Of a stretch of DNA of 25,757 nt, positions 17,784-25,757 are shown piece after piece. A program made the position numbers and the translations under genes. This DNA comes from an uncultured Candidatus Rokubacteria bacterium (GTDB lineage: Bacteria; Methylomirabilota; Methylomirabilia; Rokubacteriales; CSP1-6), in NCBI GenBank assembly GCA_963789955.1, contig CAWBMV010000002.1, forward strand, positions 1-25,757. The letters run 5' to 3'. Positions within the stretch are counted from its first letter, which is position 1, and each line of letters begins with the position of its first letter. The notes under the pieces are model-generated. The model saw only the letters and a list, made by a program, of their open reading frames with translations. It did not search any database and was not told the origin of the DNA.

Positions 17784-17905
17784 GGCGCGTCTGGCTCATC
17801 GTACCTCGCGGCCGGGCCGAACGCCCCACCCCGGGGCGCCGGGACCAAGGTCCAATTACGGAGGACCGCGGCGCAGGGCAGGCTCGCGGCCGGGAGGGGA
17901 TGACC

Positions 17906-18278
17906 ATGCGACAGCTTCGGTTCGTGATGCTCGCGGTCCTGCTGCTCGTCGTGCAAGCGTGCGCGTCGGCCACACCGGCGACACCCGTCACCAGCGTCGA
18001 ACAGCTCGTCGGCAAGTGGAAGGGCTCGGTGACGATCGGCCCGCGGGTCGATTTCCTCTACCTGACGATCTATCCCGATCGAACGCTGATCGCGGTCTGG
18101 GGAATGCACCACGGCTCGAGGGACGGTGAGCGTGGCGGGTGGGCAGGCGACGTATCAGATGGCGCCGCCGATCCAGGAGGGCTCGATCAAGCTGTACGTA
18201 GCCAAGGGGGGCAAGCGCCAGATCAACATGGAGAGCATGGACAGTGGCTTCTACGCCACCGTCTCGCCCGAGAGCTAG
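17906..18278 (+). CDS. Hypothetical lipoprotein (frameshift near 18105)
   Basis: Signal peptide and lipobox VQAC; LVGKWKGSV; continues in a shifted frame as ARGTVSVAGGQATYQMAPP...FYATVSPES* (TAG 18276-18278). Confidence 0.6.
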
Positions 18279-18283
18279 AGACG

Positions 18284-18955
18284 GTGGACGCGAAGGCGCC
18301 CGCCGGCGACGGTCTGCTGTCGCCGGTGGCCTTCACGCGTGACGACGAGTCTCCCGACGATCGCTTCTATGTCGTTCCGCGCAAGGTCGTCCACATCGAC
18401 GACGGCGCGATCGCCGCGCTCGGCGGCCTGTACGCCGAGATTCTTCCGCCGGGCGGCCGCCTGCTCGATCTGATGAGCAGCTGGCGCAGCCACCTGCCGC
18501 CGGGCTTTCGCCCGGGCCATGTCGTCGGCCTGGGCCTGAACGCCGAGGAGATGGCCGACAACCCGCACCTGACGGCCCACGTCGTCCACGACGTGAATCG
18601 CGAGGCCCTGCTGCCCTTCGACGACGCGGAGTTCGACGGCGGGATGTGCGCGGTCTCGATCCAGTACGTGATCCACCCCGTGCGCCTGCTTCGCGAGGTG
18701 CGGCGCGTGCTGCGGCCGGGCGCGCCCTTCGTCGTGTCGTTCTCGAACCGGTGCTTCCCGACGAAGGCGGTCGCCGTCTGGCTCGACACCACCGACGCAC
18801 AGCACGTGGGGCTCGTGCGCACCTATTTCGACACCGCCGGCGGTTGGGCCGACGTGAAGGACGAGGACCGGTCGCCGGCGCGCGGGGATCCGCTGTACGC
18901 CGTCTGGGCGCGCGCCTCTTCGGGTACCATCGATGCGAGACCCCTGACTCGATGA
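18284..18955 (+). CDS. Class I SAM-dependent methyltransferase (type 11-like)
   Basis: DESPDDRFY..PRKVVHIDD, LDLMSSWRSHLP, VSIQY, RVLRPG, FSNRCFPTKA. The GTG start is inferred. Confidence 0.85.
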   Translation: MDAKAPAGDGLLSPVAFTRDDESPDDRFYVVPRKVVHIDDGAIAALGGLYAEILPPGGRLLDLMSSWRSHLPPGFRPGHVVGLGLNAEEMADNPHLTAHVVHDVNREALLPFDDAEFDGGMCAVSIQYVIHPVRLLREVRRVLRPGAPFVVSFSNRCFPTKAVAVWLDTTDAQHVGLVRTYFDTAGGWADVKDEDRSPARGDPLYAVWARASSGTIDARPLTR

Positions 18956-19779
18956 CCAGACTCGCTTCGGCCGCGGTCGAGCAATACCGGCGGGACGGAT
19001 TCTATTTTCCGGTTCGCGTGATGTCCCCGGGCGAGGCGCTGGCGTTACGCCGGCGGCTCGAGGCCGTCGAGGCCGAGCACGGCGGCCGGCTGAGCGGCGA
19101 GATCCGGCACAAGCCGCACCTGCTCTTCACCTGGCTGGCCGATCTGGTACGACATCCCGTCATCCTCGACGCGGTCGAACCGATCCTCGGGCCGAACCTG
19201 CTCGTCTGGAGCACGAGCTTCTTCATCAAGGAAGCGCGCGATCCCGCGTACGTCTCCTGGCACCAGGACGCCACGTACTGGGGGCTGAGCGCGCCGGACG
19301 TCCTCACGGCGTGGGTGGCCTTCACCGACGCGACGGCCGAGAACGGCGCGATGCGGATGGTCCCGGGCTCCCACGACGCACAGCTCGAGCATCGCGACAC
19401 CTTCGCGCCGAACAATCTGCTCTCGCGCGGGCAGGAGATCGCGGTCGAGGTGGAGGAGGCGCGCGGCGTCGACATCCTGCTGCGGGCGGGCGAGACGTCC
19501 CTGCACCACGTGCGGATGGTCCACGGCTCGCCCGCGAACCGGTCGGACGACCGGCGCGTCGGCTTCGCGATCCGCTACATTCCGACTTCCGTCAGGCAGA
19601 TCGCCGGCGACAGCGACAGCGCGATGCTCGTCCGCGGCGTCGATGACTACCATCACTTCGCGCCCGAGCAGCCGCCCTCGTCCGACCTGGCGCCGGAGGC
19701 GCGCGCCCACCACGCCGCCGTCGTGGCGCAGTCCGCGAAGATCCTCTACCGCGGCACTGGGGTCGAGCGCTTCGGATAA
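18952..19779 (+). CDS. Phytanoyl-CoA dioxygenase (PhyH) family Fe(II)/2-oxoglutarate dioxygenase
   Basis: ATGA overlap with the upstream gene; YRRDGF, WHQDATYWG, NGAMRMVPGSH, VHGSPANRSDDRR. Confidence 0.9.
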   Translation: MTRLASAAVEQYRRDGFYFPVRVMSPGEALALRRRLEAVEAEHGGRLSGEIRHKPHLLFTWLADLVRHPVILDAVEPILGPNLLVWSTSFFIKEARDPAYVSWHQDATYWGLSAPDVLTAWVAFTDATAENGAMRMVPGSHDAQLEHRDTFAPNNLLSRGQEIAVEVEEARGVDILLRAGETSLHHVRMVHGSPANRSDDRRVGFAIRYIPTSVRQIAGDSDSAMLVRGVDDYHHFAPEQPPSSDLAPEARAHHAAVVAQSAKILYRGTGVERFG

Positions 19780-19806
19780 CGAAGCGCTCGACCGCCAGCC
19801 GCCCCG

Positions 19807-21333
19807 CTACTTCGCCTTGAGCTTCACGTCCTCGTACGGCGCCGAGTAGGCGTGGCCGGGGATGAGCCCCAGTCCCGACTCTTGCACCCGCGGGCCCTGG
19901 CCGTTGATGAACGCCAGCTCCCACACCGGGATATACATCGCCTTTTCGTACATGATCTGCTGGATCTTATCGAGGAGCGCCGCTCGTTTCTTGCGATCCA
20001 GCTCGGCGGCCTGGTCCTTGAAGAGCGAGTCGATCTCCGGGTAGCTGCCGTAGACATAGGTGCCGCCCGCCACGACGAAGGTCTCCAGGCGCGTGGCCGC
20101 GTTCCCAAACGCGCCGCTCGCCGTGTAGGCGAGGTTCTTGTACTTCTTGTCGCCGTAACTGGCCCAGTGGGACGCGCGCTCGACCGGCCGCAGCTTGGTC
20201 TTGATGCCGACCTGCTGCAGGTAGTTCGCGATCGCCTCCTGCACGTTGGCGTACGAGACGTCCAGGTAGTAGTCGCCGGCGTCGAAGCCGTTCGGGTAGC
20301 CCGCCTCGGCCAGGAGCTTCTTGGCCTGGGCCGCGTCGAACGCGTAGGAGGGCGGCTGCCAATAGTAGTCGAAGGTGCTCGGGATGATGCTGTACGTCAG
20401 CCGGGAGTGGCCGAGGGTAATCGCATCGTTGATGGCCTTGCGATCGATCGCCAGGTTGGCGGCCAGGCGCACCCGCCGGTCGTGCCAGGGCGATTTTGGA
20501 TCCCACTGGTCGAGCATACTCACCCACTGCGGTGCCTGGATCACCGTCGGCTTCAGCGTAAGCCCGGGCGTCCGCTGCAGCTCCTCGGCGAGCTCGCCGC
20601 GGATCGAGTACACGATGTCGATCTCGCCGCGTTTGAGCGCCGCGAGCCGGGTCGCCTCGTCGCCGATGACCTTGAAGACGAGGCGCTTGACGCTCGGCGT
20701 CTTGCGCCAGTAGCCATCGAACGCCTCCATGACCAGCTCGACTCCGGGCGAGAACGAGACGAACTTGTACGGCCCGGCGCCGATCGGCGCCTTTTTGAAG
20801 CCGTCGTCGCCGACCTTCTCGACGTATTTCTTGGGCACGATCCAGCCGGCACCGCTGGCGGCGGTGTAGAACGTCATGAAGTCGGGCCACGGATTCTTCA
20901 GCCGGAACCTCACGTGGAGCGGATCCGGCGTCTCGACGGCGGCGACGCGGTCCTTGAGGGTCTTGGCCGCGGCGCCGCGGTATCGCTCGAACGAGAACTT
21001 CACGTCCTCGGAGGTGAGCCCCTCGCCGTTGTGGAACTTCACGCCTTTGCGGAGCGTGAAGTCGTACACGCGCCCATCTGGCGAGACCTGCCACGATTCC
21101 GCCAGGCTCGGCGCCGCCGAGTTCCCCGGCATCGCCTTCGCCATTGCATCGTGGATCGCGTACAGGACCATGAAGGGGGTGATGATCCCCTGGGTTTCGG
21201 CCGGATCGAACCACGTGGGCGAGAGCGAGATGTGAACGCCCCACGTCAGCTGTCCTTCGGGCGCCGCCGCCGCGGGCGCCGCGACGGCGAACAAGACCAA
21301 CAAGACACACGCCACAACACGGAGAGGCCTCAT
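19807..21333 (-). CDS. ABC transporter substrate-binding protein, family 5 (peptide/nickel type), orphan
   Basis: GAGGAG SD, signal peptide, LAESW..SPDG..YDFTLRKGVKFHNG, PIGAGPYKF, AKKLLAEAGYPNG; no permease or ATPase genes adjacent. Confidence 0.93.
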   Translation of the reverse strand: MRPLRVVACVLLVLFAVAAPAAAAPEGQLTWGVHISLSPTWFDPAETQGIITPFMVLYAIHDAMAKAMPGNSAAPSLAESWQVSPDGRVYDFTLRKGVKFHNGEGLTSEDVKFSFERYRGAAAKTLKDRVAAVETPDPLHVRFRLKNPWPDFMTFYTAASGAGWIVPKKYVEKVGDDGFKKAPIGAGPYKFVSFSPGVELVMEAFDGYWRKTPSVKRLVFKVIGDEATRLAALKRGEIDIVYSIRGELAEELQRTPGLTLKPTVIQAPQWVSMLDQWDPKSPWHDRRVRLAANLAIDRKAINDAITLGHSRLTYSIIPSTFDYYWQPPSYAFDAAQAKKLLAEAGYPNGFDAGDYYLDVSYANVQEAIANYLQQVGIKTKLRPVERASHWASYGDKKYKNLAYTASGAFGNAATRLETFVVAGGTYVYGSYPEIDSLFKDQAAELDRKKRAALLDKIQQIMYEKAMYIPVWELAFINGQGPRVQESGLGLIPGHAYSAPYEDVKLKAK

Positions 21334-21380
21334 CGATTGGATCTCCTCTAGCTTGCCGCGGTTCACTTCGGTCCTTCGCC

Positions 21381-22073
21381 TCATTCCCGGCGGCCGCCGG
21401 TGAAGCGCAGCAGCATCAGGAACAGGTTGATGAAGTCGAGATAGAGGGACAGCGCGCCGACCACGGCGTAGGACCCTACCTGTCCCTCCGGCAGGGCCAG
21501 CGCCATCTGCTTGAGTCGCTGCGCGTCCCACGCGGTGAGGCCGGTGAAGACGATGACCCCGACAATCGAGATCAGGAACTGCAGCGCGTCGTTGTGCCAG
21601 AACATGCCGATGAGCGACGCCAGGATGAGGCCGACCAGGCCCATCATGAAGAACTGCCCGGCGCCGGCGAGGCTACGCTTCGTCGTTGAGCCGAACAGCG
21701 CGAGCGCCCCGAACATGCCGGCGGTCACGACGAAGGTCATCGTCACCGACTCGCCCGTGTAGGCGAGCAGCACCGCCGACAGGGTGACGCCGTTCAGCGC
21801 CGAGTAGATCGCGAACAGGCCCGCGGCCGTGCCCGGGGCGAGGCGATCCGCACGAGCGGAGAGATAGAACACCAGCCCCAGCTCGGCGATCACGAGCGCG
21901 AAGAAGACGAGCCGGTTGCCAACTAGGACCCTTAGCAGGTCCGGCGAGCCGGCCACCGCGAACGCCACCAGCGCCGTGAGGCCGAGGCCCACGGCCATCC
22001 AGCCGTACACTTTCCAGAGAAAGGCGGAAACTCGGTCCGCCGTCTGGACTGTATTCGTCGTCCATGCGTCCAT
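21381..22073 (-). CDS. Bax inhibitor-1/YccA family membrane protein
   Basis: FLWKVYGWM, FTGLTAWDAQRLK, GALSLYLDFINLFL; ATG 22073 with GGAGG SD. Confidence 0.92.
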   Translation of the reverse strand: MDAWTTNTVQTADRVSAFLWKVYGWMAVGLGLTALVAFAVAGSPDLLRVLVGNRLVFFALVIAELGLVFYLSARADRLAPGTAAGLFAIYSALNGVTLSAVLLAYTGESVTMTFVVTAGMFGALALFGSTTKRSLAGAGQFFMMGLVGLILASLIGMFWHNDALQFLISIVGVIVFTGLTAWDAQRLKQMALALPEGQVGSYAVVGALSLYLDFINLFLMLLRFTGGRRE

Positions 22074-22140
22074 TGGCACCCCTCCTGAGGTCAGATCGAA
22101 CCGGCGCCCATTGTACCGGGACGCGGCTTCTGGCGGGGGA

Positions 22141-23298
22141 TCAGCCGTTTCCGGCGTAGGTGATGCGGTAGATGCGGCCGGCCTTGTCGTCGGAGACGAG
22201 CAGCGCGCCGTCGGGCATCACGAGCACGTCGGCCGGGCGCCCCGACGCCGTCGCCGCCCTGGAGCCAGCCCTCGGCGAACGGCTCGTAGGCGACGGCGCG
22301 GCCGCCCTCGATCTTCACGAAGGTGACGCGGTAGCCGATCGGCGTCGAGCGGTTCCACGAGCCGTGCTCGGCGATGAAGATGCCGCCGCGATACTTCTCG
22401 GGGAACATCGCGGCCGGTGTAGAAGCGCATGCCGAGCGCGGCCACGTGCGGGCCGAGCTCGCGCGCCGGCGGCGTGAACTCGCCGCAGGCGCGGCCGCGC
22501 GTTGTGCTCGGGATCGCGCGATGCCGTCGCCGTGGCAGTACGGGAAGCCGAAGTGCTCGCCCGGCCGTGGCGCGTGGTTCAGCTCGTCCGGCGGCTGGTC
22601 GTCGCCGAGCCAGTCGCGGCCGTTGTCGGTGAACCAGAGCTCCCCGTTGCCCGGATGCCAGTCGAAGCCGACGCTGTTGCGGACGCCGCGCGCGACCATC
22701 TCGGGCCGGCCGCCGGCGGGTCGATGCGCGTGATCGTGCGCGTGCAGCGGCCCGGCGGCGTCGCAGACGTTGCACGGCGCGCCGACCGGGACGTAGAGCC
22801 GGCCGTCGGGCCCGAAGCGCGATGAACTTCCAGCCGTGATGCGCGTCGGACGGATAGGCGTCGGTGACGACCACGGGCTCGGCGGATGCGCCGAGGTCGC
22901 GCGCGACGTCCGAAGCGCAGGATGCGGTTCACCTCGGCGACGTAGAGCGCGCCGTCGCGGAACGCGACGCCGTTCGGCTGTTGAGCCCGCTGGCGACCAC
23001 GTGCACCTCGTCGGCGCGTGCGTCGCCGTCGCGGTCGACGACCGCGTACACCTTGCCCTCGCGAGCGCGAGCCGACGAACACGACGCCGGGAGGCCCGAG
23101 CGCCATCTGGCGCGCGTTCGGCACGTCGGCGGCGTAGACGGTGATGCGGAAGCCCGGCGGCAACGTGATGTCGTCGAGCTCGGCGGCGGCGGTCGGGAGC
23201 ATGTCGGAGAGATAACCGCTGTAGACACAGCCGACGCCGACCAGCGCCGCGAGCAGAACCAGGAGCAGGATTGGAAGCGAGCGTGATCGAGACGTCAC
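22141..23298 (-). CDS. PQQ-dependent sugar/sorbosone dehydrogenase family protein (many frameshifts)
   Basis: LPPGFRI..NARQMA, HHGWKFI.FGPDGRLYVPVGAPCNVC, GVRNSVGFDWHP, DNGRD, HVAALGMRFY, HGSWNRS, GRPADV..DGALLVSDD across frames. Confidence 0.85.
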
Positions 23299-23554
23299 CG
23301 CGGGTATGGGAGCCTCCCTGATACCTTCGCACGGCGGTCGGGCCCCGGCCTCCGAACAAGCGATGCGCGCGGGCCAGGGTCCGGAAGGACGGCCTGGCCA
23401 TCACGGCTCAGGAGCAGATCGCGACGCTCTTCGAGAGCGCCGGCACCGTCGTCATCGATCCGGACGGTGCTGGACCACTCTTCGAGGTGCCCATCGTCGG
23501 GCCGCTGCCCGAGGGGCTGAACTTCGAGCGTGCCTGGCCGAGCCTGGCACGGGC

Positions 23555-24760
23555 TCAGTGCGCCAGGCTCGGAGCGGGAAGCACCACCGGCACCCGACGC
23601 GTCGGGCGGAACGTGAAGGCGATCGCCACCGCGCCGAGACCGATCCCGAACGAGCCCATGTAGAGCCAGAAGTAGCCGCCGAGCGTGTCGTAGAGCCACC
23701 CGCCGGCCCAGGGTCCGAGGGCCATCCCGAGCGTCGAGACCGCCGAGACCGCGCCGAACGTCGTCCCCATGATGCGGGCGCCGAAGTACTCCGGATGAGG
23801 ATCGCGTAGAGCGGCATCACGCCGCCGTAGCTGAAGCCGAACAGGAGCGCGAGCGCGTAGAAGCTCCCGAGACTGTTCGTGAAGACGTAGAGGCTCACGG
23901 CGACCGCCTGCAACGCGAGACCGATCAACAGCATGCGCTTGGCGCCGATGCGATCGGCGACGAGCCCGCAGACGATCGGCCGCTCATCGACGCGAGGCCG
24001 GCCGACGCTCAGCACGGTGGTCGCGGCCATCGCCGATACGCCGTGGTCGATCGCGTTGCGTCACCATGTGGAAGATCGGCCCGGAGTGCACCGCGCAGCA
24101 CGCGAAGTAGGCCAGCGCGATCGCGGCGAACTGGGGTGCCGCATCGCCTCGCGCGGCCGTCGGCTCGCGTCCGTCCGCCTGCGCGCCGAGGGCGCGCCGG
24201 CGATCAGCGCCTCGGCGGCGCGGCGCACGAGGAGGGCGGCGGGGATGATCACGAGCCACGCGAGGTCGCCGATGACCAGCATCGCGGTGCGCCAGTCGTA
24301 CGCGCTGATGAGGTAGTGCGCGAGCGGCGCCATCGTCATCGACCCGAGGCCGAGGCCCGATGAGACGAGCGCGACGGCGAGGCTCCGGTGCCGCGTGAAC
24401 CAGCGCGTGGTCGTGGCCGTCATCGGCGCGTAGAAGCTCCCGCCGCGGTGCCGACGACCACGCCGAACGGCGAGTTGGAACTGGATCAGCGTCGCGGCCT
24501 GGCTGGCGCCGACGAGGCCGAGGCCGAGCAGCACGCCGCCCGACAGCACCACCGTTCGCGTGCCCACGCGGTCCGAGAGCGCGCCCCAGCCGAACGAGCC
24601 GAGGCCCATGCACAGCCAGTTGAGGAGCGCGGCCGTCGAGATGCCGGTGCGCGACCAGCCCATCGCCTCGGCGATCGGCACCAGGAACACGCTGAGCGAG
24701 AGCATCGCGCCGAGCCCGACGCACGTCATGACGATGCCCGCACCGACGATGACCCATCCG
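23555..24760 (-). CDS. MFS transporter (frameshifted; 5' end apparently truncated)
   Basis: GWVIVGAGIVMTC, GALSDRVGTR, GLVADRIGAKR, GPWAGGWLYD; an in-frame stop at 24765..24763 lies just upstream of GWVIV. Confidence 0.8.
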
Positions 24761-25038
24761 GATCAGGAACGGCTCGAGGCCCGTCGCGACCTCGTCGGGC
24801 ACGAGGGCGTCCGGCGAGCTCGTGGGAGATGTCCGCCTCGCACGCGAAGAACCGCACGAGCGGCCGGCGCCGGCCGGGTCACGTGGTCACGGATGCGTCC
24901 CGCGCAGCACCGGATAGCGCAGCTTCGAGCGCGTCGAGAATGGCGCGCTGGGTCACCGGCGTGCCGACGTCGACCTCGACCTCGCGCCGTCACGCGCGCC
25001 AGCGTGCGCAGGTGCGCCGGCAGCTCGACTCGAATCAT
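24761..25038 (-). CDS. MoaD/ThiS family ubiquitin-like protein (frameshifted; C-terminal GG missing)
   Basis: [14 protein letters not shown]...[11 protein letters not shown]...IRDHVT...VRFFACE.DISHE...[12 protein letters not shown] across frames; ATGA overlap with the upstream gene. Confidence 0.75.
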
Positions 25039-25757
25039 GGCAGCGTTTCGACTTCCACCGAAAACACGGCGGGCAGGTCGCGCACGATCGGCGCCCAGGT
25101 GTCGCCGCCGTCGCGCGAGGCATAAACCTGGCCGCCGGTCGTGCCGAAATAAATCCCGCACTTATCCAGCTTATCCACCGACAGCGCGCCGCGCAGCACA
25201 TTGACGTAGCAATCGCTTTGCGGCAGGCCGTTCGTCAGCGCTTCCCACTCGTTGCCTCCCGTCTTGCTGCGATAAACGCGCAGCTTCCCCTCGGGTGGAT
25301 AATGTTGTTCATCGCTTTTGATCGGCACGACGTAGATCGTTTCCGGCTCGTGCGCGTGAACCGCGATTGGAAAACCGAAATCGGTCGGCAGGTTGCCGCT
25401 GATCTCCCGCCACGAGTCACCGCCATCGTCGCTGCGCATCACGTCCCAGTGTTTCTGCATGAACAGCACGTTGGGCCGCGCAGGATGCATGGCAATGCGG
25501 TGGACGCAATGGCCGACTTCGGCTCGGGATCGGGAAGTTCGTACTGCGATATCAGCCCGCGATTGATCGGCCGCCATGAATTGCCACCGTCGTCGCTGCG
25601 AAATGCCCCCGCAGCCGAAATCGCAATATAAATCCGGCTTGGATTGCCGGGGTCCAGCGATGTATGGTGTGCAGACACATGCCGCCCGCCCCCGGCTGCC
25701 ACAGGTTCCCCTTGGTGTCGCGCAGGCCGGGCGATTCGGTCCAGGTGCTGCCCGCCG
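25035..25757 (-). CDS. BNR/Asp-box repeat (sialidase-like beta-propeller) protein, 5' partial, frameshifted
   Basis: Repeated SxDGGxxW motifs ([26 protein letters not shown]), [19 protein letters not shown]. Confidence 0.85.
   Translation of the reverse strand, partial: RRAAPGPNRPACATPRGTCGSRGRAACVCTPYIAGPRQSKPDLYCDFGCGGISQRRRWQFMAADQSRADIAVRTSRSRAEVGHCVHRIAMHPARPNVLFMQKHWDVMRSDDGGDSWREISGNLPTDFGFPIAVHAHEPETIYVVPIKSDEQHYPPEGKLRVYRSKTGGNEWEALTNGLPQSDCYVNVLRGALSVDKLDKCGIYFGTTGGQVYASRDGGDTWAPIVRDLPAVFSVEVETLP

Noticed and set aside
17805..17894. 12-bp direct repeat ctcgcggccggg at 17805 and 17883, as a possible target-site duplication
   Set aside because: Almost all GC in a GC-rich sequence, with no mobile-element features between the copies; plausibly chance.
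17900..18955. Lipoprotein-methyltransferase fusion
   Set aside because: Produced by a frameshift near 18105; the linker is out-of-frame sequence.
18952..19779. Fe/2OG halogenase (SyrB2-like), tempting given the dehalogenase in the window
   Set aside because: The iron-binding motif is HQD...H with Asp retained, which indicates a hydroxylase; halogenases have Ala or Gly at that position.
9366..21351. Long overlapping antisense or alternate-frame ORFs (e.g. 9366..11084 -, 9611..11335 +, 15727..17130 +, 19852..21351 +)
   Set aside because: Typical shadow ORFs of high-GC DNA: Arg/Ala/Pro-rich, no recognisable motifs, and overlapping well-supported genes.

Overview
GC-rich bacterial genomic window, densely coding (about 28 genes), with no rRNA, tRNA, CRISPR array or mobile element seen. 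The orphan family-5 ABC substrate-binding protein and the gene mix resemble Candidatus Rokubacteria/Methylomirabilota (inference). Many genes are broken by single-base indels that look like long-read consensus errors. Content: catabolic enzymes (two LLM flavin oxidoreductases, two acyl-CoA ligases, a double-hotdog dehydratase, a crotonase, a fluoroacetate dehalogenase-like hydrolase, a PhyH dioxygenase), two MFS transporters, envelope/metal-stress genes (ZraP/Spy-like protein with a sigma-54 promoter, CopD-like protein, OmpR-type two-component system with DegP, BI-1/YccA), a sorbosone dehydrogenase-like protein and a BNR-repeat/MoaD pair. Highlight: a stand-alone organomercurial lyase (MerB-like) gene on the minus strand (4192..3557). 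Its in-frame TGA (3709..3707) sits exactly at the catalytic Cys159-equivalent position and is followed by an fdhF-like SECIS hairpin (GGUC loop). The frame then continues for 49 MerB-like codons to an ATGA overlap with the next gene. This predicts a selenocysteine-containing MerB outside any mer operon, coupled to a crotonase and divergent from a defluorinase-like gene.
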